A stretch of 37,622 nucleotides of DNA from a virus (taxonomy: Duplodnaviria; Caudoviricetes): the IMG/VR virus record IMGVR_UViG_3300032274_000023, positions 1 to 37,622 of that record; one strand, 5' to 3'. Shown here in pieces: positions 9,579-19,004 of the stretch; within the stretch, counting starts at the first letter, position 1, and each line of letters opens with the position of its first letter. The notes below the pieces were generated by a model. It did not search any database. It had not been told where the DNA came from and saw only the letters and a program-made list of their open reading frames with translations. The position numbers and the translations under genes were made by a program.

Positions 9579-10388
9579 ATGACTGAACTGCTACAAACCG
9601 AAGACGACATCATTTTAGATTCTGAAAGCGAAACTGATATTGATGAAACTAAACCGGAAATCACTGAAACCAGTGAGTCGGAGTTAGCAACCGAAACTGA
9701 TGACAAACAGGATAAAACAAACGATGGCGCGCAAAAGGCTATCAATAAGCAACATGCAAAGTATCGAGAAGAGGAGCGAAAGCGAATCGAAGTCGAGAAA
9801 GAAGCAAAAGAGCTTAGAGAAAAGCTAGCAGCGTTTGAGTCTGCCAAGGTGGAAACAGATATACCGCCTATTCCCGATCCTTATGATGATGATTATGAGG
9901 ATAAGATAAAGGCAAGAGACGAAGCTATCACGCGCAAAGCCTCTCAGGAAGCACAAAAAAGCTTCTTAACTGAGCAGCAAAACGCACAAAAGGAGACAGC
10001 GAAAAAGACGGAACAGGAGCGCATTAATACCCTGATTAGTGGGTACGATAAACACACTGTTACGCTTGGTTTGAATCCTTCTGATGTTGCCAAAGCAGGC
10101 AATAAGGTTGTTGAGTATGGAATATCTGGTGAGGTCGCCGAGTTCATTTTAGAACAAGAGGATGGCCCTTTAATCACCACATATTTAAGTGAGAATCCTA
10201 TTTTACTGGATGAATTGCGCCATATGACACCGATACAGGCTGCTTTTAAGGTGAGCTCAGATATTCGAGCTGCTGCTTCTGGATTAAAACCACAGGCATC
10301 GACCGCGCCTGACCCGGTAGAAATACTGACCGGACGCGGAGCAGGAGAAACGGAAGATCCTCTCTTGAAAGGTGCTACCTTTGAATAG
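9579..10388 (+). CDS. Scaffolding protein
   Basis: Acidic N-terminus and coiled coil, located between portal and coat. GAGG SD supports ATG 9579. Confidence 0.85.
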   Translation: MTELLQTEDDIILDSESETDIDETKPEITETSESELATETDDKQDKTNDGAQKAINKQHAKYREEERKRIEVEKEAKELREKLAAFESAKVETDIPPIPDPYDDDYEDKIKARDEAITRKASQEAQKSFLTEQQNAQKETAKKTEQERINTLISGYDKHTVTLGLNPSDVAKAGNKVVEYGISGEVAEFILEQEDGPLITTYLSENPILLDELRHMTPIQAAFKVSSDIRAAASGLKPQASTAPDPVEILTGRGAGETEDPLLKGATFE

Positions 10389-10402
10389 TTTAGGAGTTAA
10401 TC

Positions 10403-11683
10403 ATGGCTACAAGTAGCAATAGTACAACCAGTAACATTACGCAGAAAATCGCGCGTGTTTTTACAAAGAAGTTTGAAGCATCTCGCGTTTTATCAAAAAC
10501 AGTTGACACGCAATTACTAAAAGGCGAGTTCAATGCTCAGTCTGGTGACACGGTAAGTGTTAAGCGTGGACACGACTACAAGACAGACCGTACCTCAACA
10601 GGTGATATTTCAGCCGTAGATAAGTCTGACATCATCTCAGGTAAGGCAACCGGCACCGTTCAAGATTATTTCACAGTGCATATGGACTGGGATTCTCGCG
10701 CTGAAATGTTAGAGCTTGATCAACTTGAGGAAATCATAGCCCCTGCTGCTACTCGCATGGTGACTGATTTAGAGCTTGATTTAGGTTCTTACATGTACAA
10801 GAACTGTAATTTACATTATGGCGTACCAGGCACCGTCGTCGATGCATGGGGTGATGTTGCAGGCGCAGGCGCATTAATGGATTCAATGGGTATACCCAAC
10901 GATAGCCAGCGCTATTATGTGATGAATCCTTTCACAACCTCTAACCTTGCTAACACTCAATCCGGCTTAAGCTCGGGCGATAACTCTCTTGTGACTACCG
11001 CTTGGCAGAATGCGCAAATCTCTAGCAAACTCGGAAACTTGATGGCAATGACTTCAAACGCATTACCCTCTTATACTTCCGGTACTTTGACTGATAGAGC
11101 TGGCACGTTATCAGGCACCCCAACAGCAACATATTTAGCCCACAAAGACACTATGATTCAGTCTTTAGCGGTAACAGGCTTTGCTCTTGGTACTGATACG
11201 ATTAAAGCCGGTGAGATTATCACTGTAACAGGTCGTAACCGTATAGGTCTTTCTACTCGCTCTGCTTTCACTGATGCAACCGGCGCACAGATTCTATGGT
11301 CTGGTGTTGTTACTGCTGATGTTACGTTAGCAGGTGGAGCAGGTACTTTGTTAGTTGCTGGCGCTGGTATGTTTGAGGCTAACGGTCAATATAACACTGT
11401 TGACTCGGCCTTAACGTCTGGTGATGTTGTGACCCTTCTTGGTTCAGCTTCAACCGTTTATCAGCCTAATATGTTCTATCACAAGCAGGCGTTCGGTATT
11501 GCTGTTATCCCTCAGACTAAATTGTATTCAACAGATACAATTGCAACTACGCCTGACGGTATGCAAATCCGAATCAGTAAATACGCTGATGGTGACACAA
11601 ACAAGCAGAAGATTCGTTTCGATTTAGTTGCAGCATATGCAACCTTCGATCCGTTCAAAGCTGGCCAAGGCTTTGGTGTATAG
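10403..11683 (+). CDS. Major capsid protein (P22 coat gp5 family)
   Basis: 426 aa, GDTVSVKR, insertion domain with IKAGEIITVTG, YHKQAF, IRFDL. Strong AGGAG SD. Confidence 0.95.
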   Translation: MATSSNSTTSNITQKIARVFTKKFEASRVLSKTVDTQLLKGEFNAQSGDTVSVKRGHDYKTDRTSTGDISAVDKSDIISGKATGTVQDYFTVHMDWDSRAEMLELDQLEEIIAPAATRMVTDLELDLGSYMYKNCNLHYGVPGTVVDAWGDVAGAGALMDSMGIPNDSQRYYVMNPFTTSNLANTQSGLSSGDNSLVTTAWQNAQISSKLGNLMAMTSNALPSYTSGTLTDRAGTLSGTPTATYLAHKDTMIQSLAVTGFALGTDTIKAGEIITVTGRNRIGLSTRSAFTDATGAQILWSGVVTADVTLAGGAGTLLVAGAGMFEANGQYNTVDSALTSGDVVTLLGSASTVYQPNMFYHKQAFGIAVIPQTKLYSTDTIATTPDGMQIRISKYADGDTNKQKIRFDLVAAYATFDPFKAGQGFGV

Positions 11684-11689
11684 ATAACT

Positions 11690-11712
11690 AGAGGGGTGAA
11701 AGCCCCTCTTTT
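11690..11712 (+). terminator. Intrinsic terminator after the coat gene
   Basis: AGAGGGG-TGAAAG-CCCCTCT followed by a T-rich tract. Confidence 0.8.
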
Positions 11713-11728
11713 CTTAAGAGGATAATGT

Positions 11729-11887
11729 ATGCCTATTTTCATCAAAAAGAGCGGTGCTGAGATAATCATCAACGACCTCCCTGCAACATTAGAGAAAGCC
11801 AAAGAACTCGGCTGGAAACTAAAACCCGAATTTAAAGAAGAAGCTCCAAAAGAAACAAAGAAAGTAACCAAAAAAACTAAGGCGTAA
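11729..11887 (+). CDS. Small basic protein after coat (52 aa, not in ORF track)
   Basis: GAGGA SD at 11718-11722. MPIFIKKSGAEIIIND...LGWKLKPEFKEEAPKETKKVTKKTKA fills the coat-gp4 gap. Confidence 0.75.
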   Translation: MPIFIKKSGAEIIINDLPATLEKAKELGWKLKPEFKEEAPKETKKVTKKTKA

Positions 11888-11889
11888 TC

Positions 11890-12732
11890 ATGGAAAATGC
11901 TGGCGACATAATCAAAGATGCACTGATGGAAATTACCGTCCTTGGTGCCGAGGCCCCAGTAGAACCGTCTGACGCTCAATCATCTATTCGATACCTTAAT
12001 AGAATGATGGCCGCTTTTGATGCTGATGGCATCCACTTAGGTTACACAGAAGTTTCAAACTTCGCTGACTTCATCACCGTACCCGCTGGCGCTAATGCCG
12101 GCATTGTTTCACAATTAGCCGTTATGCTTTGGGATCAATTCTCCGAAGGTCAACCCGTCCCCCCTACTTTATTGGCCCGTGCTATTTCTGGCAAAAATAC
12201 CATGCGTAACTTGGTGGTTAATAGCATTGCATCATCTTTCCCATCTTCCCTGCCTATGGGTTCTGGTAATGAGTCAAATGACCGAGTAAGCCGATTTTAT
12301 ACCGCGGCAAAGAGTTCAATTATACAAACACAAGTTTCAAACGCTGTTAATACTGTCATTACAACTAAAGCCGCTCCTGTTAAATTATTAGGCGTTTGGA
12401 TTGTCGGGACTAATAGTGATTTTACGGGTGATGCAACCGGCAAGATGACTTATACCGGCACTGATAATATTCAAGTAAGCATTGCTATGTCGTTTACTGC
12501 CGAGCCTGTATCTGGTTCTGATAAGACATTAACGTTCTATGCTGCTAAGAATGGTAAGATTATCACTAACTCAAACTCAGCCGCTATTATCACGGCTGCT
12601 AGTGCTAAGCGAGTGACGTTAATCGCCTCTATACCTATGATTACTGGTGATTATATCGAGCCTTACGCCGCGAATGAATCCGATACTATTGATGTTCTAG
12701 TTTCCGATGCATCGTTACAGGTGACGACTTGA
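11890..12732 (+). CDS. Head-to-tail adaptor (P22 gp4-like) with C-terminal C1q/TNF-like extension
   Basis: AGDIIKDAL, LNRMMA.F...GI.LGY and LPMGSGN gp4 motifs, then about 140 extra beta-rich residues. Confidence 0.85.
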   Translation: MENAGDIIKDALMEITVLGAEAPVEPSDAQSSIRYLNRMMAAFDADGIHLGYTEVSNFADFITVPAGANAGIVSQLAVMLWDQFSEGQPVPPTLLARAISGKNTMRNLVVNSIASSFPSSLPMGSGNESNDRVSRFYTAAKSSIIQTQVSNAVNTVITTKAAPVKLLGVWIVGTNSDFTGDATGKMTYTGTDNIQVSIAMSFTAEPVSGSDKTLTFYAAKNGKIITNSNSAAIITAASAKRVTLIASIPMITGDYIEPYAANESDTIDVLVSDASLQVTT

Positions 12733-14171
12733 AGACCCCTATTCCAATCGCTAACGGGTTTTATCTATCTGAATCTTTGCCGATTTCAGCACAAGAATGC
12801 ACTAATTGGTATCCTAATATACTTCAATCCTTTGGCTTGTCTCAAGAAACGCTTTTAGGTACGCCCGGTATCTCTCAAGTAGTAACGACAGGTAATGTAC
12901 TGGAGGCCAATCGCGGCTCCCATGTTAAAAACGGTATTCCTTATTTCGTTAATGGCTCAAGCCTGTATAGATTAGATAGAACCGTCTCGGCTTCTGGCGT
13001 TGAAACATATTCAACCGTAACGCTCGGAACTGTAATCGGGACTGGCGGTGTATCAATGGCTGATAATGGTCAGCAGCTAATGATTCTAGTACCGGGCAGC
13101 AAAGGATATATCTACAATGAAGATGCTGGCACCCCTTTTTTAGAAATAACGGACGTGGATTTTACCGCTAACGGAGTGCCTCAATATTGTGTATTTATAG
13201 ACGGCTATTTTGCAGTAACAACGGATTCTAAAAAGTGGATTATCTCTGCTCTAAACGATGGTATGGCGTGGAATGCTTTGGACTTCTCCACGGCTGAATC
13301 TGACCCTGATTTAATTGTTGCGCCGGTCGTCTTTAGAAATCAGGTTTTCATCACTGGCTCTGAAACAACAGAAGCCTTCCAAAACGTACCTAATGGTGCT
13401 GGCTTTCCTTTTGTGCGCTCAAATATCTTTATGACTAAGGGCTGTTATGCTCCACTTTCTTTAATACCAGTCAATGACACCTTTATGATGATTGGAGGGG
13501 GTAGAAACGAGTCTCCTGCTGTCTGGGCTTATTCTGGCGGTAATTTTCAGAAAGTATCAACCACGCCCATTGATAATATTTTATCTAAATTAACGAATAC
13601 AGAATTAACCTCTGCTTTTTCTTTATCGTATGCCGATAAGGGCGCTTATTTTGTTATTTTCACCGCTGGAGTGTACACGTTCGGATACGATACGATTTCA
13701 AAACGATGGCACCAAAGAAAATCAACCTATGAAGAGCTCCAGTCGAATTGGCGTGTTTCTTCATTAGTAACCGCTTATGGACATGTTTTAGTTGGAGATT
13801 TAATAGATGGCCGTATCGGAATACTAAGCAGTGAATATTACACAGAATACGGGGAGAACATTCAACGTATTATTTCTTCTCAGCCGTTCGCTAATCTTGG
13901 CTATTCGGTAAAAGTGCCGATGATTGAAGTCACCATTGAATCAGGCGTAGGCAATGCGGCGAAAGTAGATCCGAAAATCTCACTGGATATTTCAGACGAT
14001 GGCAAAACCTTTAAATACCCAAGACTTCGCTCAATGGGTAAAGTTGGAGAATATTACCGGCGCGCTATTTGGTATAAAAACGGCCGGTTTCCACGTTTTA
14101 GAGTCATGCGGTTCACGATGTCCGAGCCGGTTAAGCCTGTAATGGTTAAATGTGAGGCCAGTTATGCCTGA
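12729..14171 (+). CDS. Packaged DNA stabilisation / tail hub protein (P22 gp10-like)
   Basis: 480 aa with VSMADNG, IDGYF, TAESDPD, SDDGKTF and GKVGEY..R motifs. TTG start overlaps the gp4 stop. Confidence 0.93.
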   Translation: MKTPIPIANGFYLSESLPISAQECTNWYPNILQSFGLSQETLLGTPGISQVVTTGNVLEANRGSHVKNGIPYFVNGSSLYRLDRTVSASGVETYSTVTLGTVIGTGGVSMADNGQQLMILVPGSKGYIYNEDAGTPFLEITDVDFTANGVPQYCVFIDGYFAVTTDSKKWIISALNDGMAWNALDFSTAESDPDLIVAPVVFRNQVFITGSETTEAFQNVPNGAGFPFVRSNIFMTKGCYAPLSLIPVNDTFMMIGGGRNESPAVWAYSGGNFQKVSTTPIDNILSKLTNTELTSAFSLSYADKGAYFVIFTAGVYTFGYDTISKRWHQRKSTYEELQSNWRVSSLVTAYGHVLVGDLIDGRIGILSSEYYTEYGENIQRIISSQPFANLGYSVKVPMIEVTIESGVGNAAKVDPKISLDISDDGKTFKYPRLRSMGKVGEYYRRAIWYKNGRFPRFRVMRFTMSEPVKPVMVKCEASYA

Positions 14172-14418
14172 AATAGTCCCAATTGATGCATATACCACAA
14201 TTACTCAAGACGACTTGATGACTGATGCTTTCCAAAGATGGATGAGCCAAGTCTCCCGGTTAGATTTAATTATTGGCACCGGAAGTCCTGAAGGCGTTAT
14301 TGAGGCCACAGTAGGACGGGATTACCTCGATACTACCGGCACTACGGGCGCGGTTAAGTTTGTTAAACAACTCGCAGACATTGGCGGAGACAGAAAACAA
14401 GGGTGGGTTGCGGTATGA
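14164..14418 (+). CDS. Very short tail needle/plug (gp26 position)
   Basis: Follows gp10. N-terminal MTDAFQRW helix plus GTGSPEGV.EA.VG..YLD...GW fibre-tip motif. GAGG SD. Confidence 0.6.
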   Translation: MPEIVPIDAYTTITQDDLMTDAFQRWMSQVSRLDLIIGTGSPEGVIEATVGRDYLDTTGTTGAVKFVKQLADIGGDRKQGWVAV

Positions 14419-15275
14419 ATGAGCTATTAATAACGCAATTAAATAACATGTTATCGAATGATAATATTGACTCGATTATAGAGAATACGCTTGATTATCC
14501 CCAAGCTGCTTGCCCTGTTCGCCATATTTTCGGCGGTGGTGTTTATATACGCGAAGTCTCTATCAGTGCCGGCGTGTTTAGTATTGGTCATATCCAGACT
14601 ACTAAACACATGAATCACATGATAAAAGGCCGCGTCATTATGTTAAATGAAGACGGGACGACATCAGAAGTTGTGGCACCTCAAATATTTGAAGGTAAGC
14701 CAGGACGTAAAGTCGGCTTAATTTTAGAGGATATGGTATGGCATAACATATACCCAACAAACGAGACCGATATTGAAACCCTTGAGAGTATGTTCCTTGA
14801 TAAAACAGGCGTATGGGAATTAGACAATAAATGCAAAGTTGATATTGAGTACCTTATGAACCATTCAGTTAGAGATGATTTTAATACCATGCTTAGCGAT
14901 TTAAACGTCACAGCAGAGACCGTCCGGCAACAGTCAGAAAACGAAATTGATTTAATCGATTTCCCTTCTGGATGCTACAAGGTAAAAGTTTCAGATTCTT
15001 ACATTCAAGGAAAAGGGCTTTTCATTACTTCGCCTGTTTTGCCGGGTGAGATTATCGCCCCTGCGCGGATTGATGGGAAAAGAACACCAGCAGGGCGTTT
15101 TACGAATCACTCACCAACCCCGAATGCAAAAATGGTTTTATTAACTAATGGGGATATGGATCTAGTGGCAATACAAGATATTGACGGGTGCTATGGTGGC
15201 GACCACGGCGAGGAAGTCACAGTTGATTATAGGCAAGTTATCAAAGAGAAAGGCGGTGTAAAATGTCAGGAGTAG
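14415..15275 (+). CDS. Cupin-like plus SET-domain fusion protein (putative lysine methyltransferase)
   Basis: C-terminal S.IQGKGLF...GEII, RFTNHSPTPN and GEEVTVDY are SET signature motifs. N-terminal HIFGGGVYIRE...AG...GH...H...KG is cupin-like. Confidence 0.85.
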   Translation: MNELLITQLNNMLSNDNIDSIIENTLDYPQAACPVRHIFGGGVYIREVSISAGVFSIGHIQTTKHMNHMIKGRVIMLNEDGTTSEVVAPQIFEGKPGRKVGLILEDMVWHNIYPTNETDIETLESMFLDKTGVWELDNKCKVDIEYLMNHSVRDDFNTMLSDLNVTAETVRQQSENEIDLIDFPSGCYKVKVSDSYIQGKGLFITSPVLPGEIIAPARIDGKRTPAGRFTNHSPTPNAKMVLLTNGDMDLVAIQDIDGCYGGDHGEEVTVDYRQVIKEKGGVKCQE

Positions 15276-15946
15276 CAACGGCAGCGGTTGTAGTTGGTTT
15301 ATATACCGCAGATGCTAATAGAACGGCAGCAACACGGGCAGCAGACGCGCAAAGAGAAGCCGCCCGGAAAAGTGCCTCGGCAATATCTGGCTCATCAGAC
15401 CAAGCGATAGCAGAGCAACGCCGACAGTTTGACCAAACGCAACGACAGGCAGAGCCTTTTAGACAGGCCGGTTTAAGCGCCTTAGAACAACAGCAAGCCT
15501 TATTAGGACTATCTGGCCAAGAGGAGCAATACACCGCTTTGGATAACTTCCAAACCTCACCCGGCCAAGCTTTTTTACGTGATAGAGGCGAGCAGGCATT
15601 GCTTAGAAACTCAGCCGCAATCGGTGGGTTGGGTGGTGGTAATGTACGGTCTGAATTGCAACAACAAGGCATTGGATTTGCGCAACAAGATTTACAAAAT
15701 CAACTTGCACGATTAGCAAGCATTGCAGGTCAAGGCCAAGCGATAACCGGAAACGTGGCTCAATTAGGGCAGCAATCAGCAAGTAATATCGGTAATTTAC
15801 TGAACACATCAGGCCAAGCTCAATCACAAGGATTTACTCAAGCAGGGCAGGCACAAGCTTCTGGTATACTCGGGCGACAAGAGGCCACTTCTGAGGGTAT
15901 AGGGCAAGCTGCACAGGCTTTCGGTTACGGCTATAGTAGGTTATAG
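15263..15946 (+). CDS. DNA ejection/transfer protein (P22 gp7-like)
   Basis: Ala/Gln/Gly-rich; PFRQAG and PGQAF...AAIGGLGGGN motifs; first of three ejection genes. Confidence 0.85.
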   Translation: MSGVATAAVVVGLYTADANRTAATRAADAQREAARKSASAISGSSDQAIAEQRRQFDQTQRQAEPFRQAGLSALEQQQALLGLSGQEEQYTALDNFQTSPGQAFLRDRGEQALLRNSAAIGGLGGGNVRSELQQQGIGFAQQDLQNQLARLASIAGQGQAITGNVAQLGQQSASNIGNLLNTSGQAQSQGFTQAGQAQASGILGRQEATSEGIGQAAQAFGYGYSRL

Positions 15947-15955
15947 GAGAACATC

Positions 15956-17233
15956 ATGGCGTTAATAGATACAAGAGGCTTCAACCTTAACCCGAATATC
16001 CTCGGTAATTTTAGCCAAGGAATGAACATTGGGCAGCAAGCCACTAACATGGAAGCTCAGAAAGCGCAGGCCGAAATAGAGGCGCAGGTAAGAAATATCT
16101 TAGGCGGTGCGCGTACGCCTGAATTTCAACCTCAGACACAACAGGAGCAGCAACTCGCCGAACAGTCTCAAGGGTTGGGCAGTGCTGTTGCGCAATCAGA
16201 GCAACCTAAACCCGTAACGACTCAAGAAGAAAAAATCAGACTAGCCCAACAGATTGACCCATCTATTGCTAATAAGCAATTAAAGGAATTAGGGTTAGAT
16301 GACTCAAGCAAACGCTCTGAAATGTCACGTTTTGCGGCTGAATTAGAAAGCATCCCTTTTGAAATGCGTTCAACCAAGATAAATGAGCGTGTACAGTCAC
16401 TAAAAGCAGAAGGGCGCGATTCCTCACATACTGAAATGCTGCTAGATATGGATCAAAAAACACAAGATAATGCATTATTAGGTGTTCAACTGATGGATTT
16501 AACTACTAAAGAACGTTTTTCAGTTAAGGATGCGGCTGCAAAAGGCGCAGAAGCCGGAACAAGTGAAAGAGAGTTTAATAATTTAATTAAAGACTTCTCT
16601 AAAGAAGACCAAGCAAAGGCACGCAAAATTAAAGCTGGATTAAAAGGCCGGGCTACTGGCTCAGCTATCCAGACGATTAACGAAGAGGGAACGGCTGTTG
16701 AAGTCGGAGAGACCTCCGCCATTATTAAACAGCGTGAGAAATTCGGAGAAATGACCGGCGCATCAAGAGCCAAGACTATCGATAAAGGATTCGAGAAGCT
16801 TGTCAAGATTGATTTAGGTATACGAAATATTGATAAAGCTATCAAAGCCCTCGATGAAGGCGCGAGTACTGGTGTAATGCAGAGCTTCTCCCCTTCAATT
16901 AGAGCTTCATCGGTTGAGCTTGATAACATTAGAAACATACTGGCGCTTGATGTGTTAAATGCTGCGACATTCGGCGCGTTATCTGAAAACGAATTAAGAC
17001 TTGTTAAAGAAACAGCCTTACCTACTAAATTGAAGCCAGCAGAGTTAAAAGTGTGGTTACAAGATAGAAAGGCCGCTGAACAAAAACTTAAGGCTTATTA
17101 TCAAGAGCAGATAGATTTCCTTGACCAAGGTGGCACCGTTGCTGGCTTCTTAAGAGCGAAGAGAAAAGAACGCGGCGTAGAAAGTACAGATAACACTCAA
17201 TCTATCGGACGATTTAAAGTAAGGGTTAAATAA
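15956..17233 (+). CDS. DNA ejection protein (gp20 position)
   Basis: 425 aa, helical, C-terminal FGALSENEL motif; synteny. Confidence 0.75.
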   Translation: MALIDTRGFNLNPNILGNFSQGMNIGQQATNMEAQKAQAEIEAQVRNILGGARTPEFQPQTQQEQQLAEQSQGLGSAVAQSEQPKPVTTQEEKIRLAQQIDPSIANKQLKELGLDDSSKRSEMSRFAAELESIPFEMRSTKINERVQSLKAEGRDSSHTEMLLDMDQKTQDNALLGVQLMDLTTKERFSVKDAAAKGAEAGTSEREFNNLIKDFSKEDQAKARKIKAGLKGRATGSAIQTINEEGTAVEVGETSAIIKQREKFGEMTGASRAKTIDKGFEKLVKIDLGIRNIDKAIKALDEGASTGVMQSFSPSIRASSVELDNIRNILALDVLNAATFGALSENELRLVKETALPTKLKPAELKVWLQDRKAAEQKLKAYYQEQIDFLDQGGTVAGFLRAKRKERGVESTDNTQSIGRFKVRVK

Positions 17234-19002
17234 TGCCATTATATGAAATAACCGACCCAAAGACCGGGAAAGTTCTGGAGCTTGAAGGTGATTCTCCGCC
17301 TACCGAGCAGGAATTAGAGCAGATTTTCTCGGCTCAGCAATTAGATCCCGTTGACCAAGAAATAAAAGACCGCTTACAGGCTCAGCAGCCGGTTAGTCAG
17401 GCAGAACCTAGTTTGAATCAACGTATAGGTAGTGCTATTGAAAGCACCAATGTTGGTAAGGCTGCGTCTGAATTGGCCTCTGCAATCAATCGAGGCGCGG
17501 TTAATATTGTTGATTTTTTAGGGCCGGACACAATTAATTCCGGGTTAAGTTTAATCGGTAGTGAAAAGCGTGTCCCATCTTTAAAAGACAGTGAGTTTAT
17601 ACAAAAAGCGACTGAGGGAAACGCAATGGAGCCAGGTCTTACCCGTAGAGCAGTAAGAACGGCTGGTGAATTTGTAGCCCCTTCTGCTGGTGTTGGCTCA
17701 GTGATCCGAGGTGTAGCGCAAGCCGCGCCGAAGATTGGCGCAAGTGTCACACAAAAAATCGCTCAAACAATGGCATCAAAACCTTTAACGGACGTAACAG
17801 CAGCCGCTACCGCTGGCGCTGGCTCCGAAATTGGTGCTGACGTTGGCGAGGCTGCTGCTGGAGATAAAGGGCGCTCTATAGGCCGTTTAGTTGGTGGCTT
17901 TGGCGCTCCCATCGGCGTAGCTATGGCTAAAGAAGCCGGAAAGACATTAATAACAAAAAGTGCTAAAAAACTTTTAACCGAATCAGCCCCTACTATTGAC
18001 GGACTGAAAAAAGCAGCAAGGAGTGTTTATCGTGATCTTGAAAATAGCGGTGTTAATATTAATAGTAGCAGCATTGGGAAATTGGCTGGATCGCTCTCCA
18101 CACTGGCGAAACAAAAAGGATTCCACAGGAAAATCCACAAAGAAGTGGACGTAGCTTTAACCGAATTTAAACGCGCCGCGGAATCAGGATTACCATTAAA
18201 GCTTTCTGAGCTTGATGCCTTGAGACAAATAACAGCAGAGTCCGCTAAAAGCATTAAGCCAAGCGAGGCGAGGCTAGGCGGTATACTAGTTACCCGTGTC
18301 GATGACTTCCTAGATAGTATAGGTAAAAACGAATTATCTAAAACAAGCTCTGATATTGGCGCTAAATACCGTGATGCCCGTCAATTATGGCGAAGAGTTA
18401 AAAAGTCTGAGCAATTATCTGAGGTTTTTGACAAGGCTCAGCTCCAGGCGACAGGTTTTGAAAATGGGATAAGAACGCAATTCCGCTCTATCTTGAATAG
18501 TAAAAAACAGCGAAAAGGTTTTACTCCTGATGAGATAATAGCAATGCGGAAAGTTGTTGAAGGTACTTCACTACAAAATATTGCTAAAATGCTTGGTAGG
18601 TTTGGCTTTGGTGAAGGACAGGCTTCTAATATGCTAATGGGCTACGCTGGAATAGCCGGCGGTGCTGTTGTTGGTGGCCCGGTAGGCGCAGTTTTTGTTC
18701 CATCTATTGGGCAGTTATCACGCAAATTAGCGCAGAGACTTACCCGTGAAGGCGGAAAGAACGCTGACTTAATTATTAAAGCCGGTAAAAATGGCCTTGA
18801 TATTGTTAAAGCATACATGAAAATAACGCCAGCAAAACAAAGATCGGCGAAAGAGTTGACGGAGTTGTTATTGCGTCCAGATATTAGTTTGGAAAGCTTA
18901 AAAATAGCTGTTAAAAACGCGCCACAACAACACAAACAAATTGTTAATGATGCCGCTTTCCTTGTGAATGCGATAAAATCTACACAAGAAAAGGAGCAAT
19001 AA
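17233..19002 (+). CDS. DNA ejection protein (gp16 position)
   Basis: 589 aa, helical, with Gly/Ala hydrophobic segments; synteny. Confidence 0.75.
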   Translation: MPLYEITDPKTGKVLELEGDSPPTEQELEQIFSAQQLDPVDQEIKDRLQAQQPVSQAEPSLNQRIGSAIESTNVGKAASELASAINRGAVNIVDFLGPDTINSGLSLIGSEKRVPSLKDSEFIQKATEGNAMEPGLTRRAVRTAGEFVAPSAGVGSVIRGVAQAAPKIGASVTQKIAQTMASKPLTDVTAAATAGAGSEIGADVGEAAAGDKGRSIGRLVGGFGAPIGVAMAKEAGKTLITKSAKKLLTESAPTIDGLKKAARSVYRDLENSGVNINSSSIGKLAGSLSTLAKQKGFHRKIHKEVDVALTEFKRAAESGLPLKLSELDALRQITAESAKSIKPSEARLGGILVTRVDDFLDSIGKNELSKTSSDIGAKYRDARQLWRRVKKSEQLSEVFDKAQLQATGFENGIRTQFRSILNSKKQRKGFTPDEIIAMRKVVEGTSLQNIAKMLGRFGFGEGQASNMLMGYAGIAGGAVVGGPVGAVFVPSIGQLSRKLAQRLTREGGKNADLIIKAGKNGLDIVKAYMKITPAKQRSAKELTELLLRPDISLESLKIAVKNAPQQHKQIVNDAAFLVNAIKSTQEKEQ

Positions 19003-19004
19003 AA

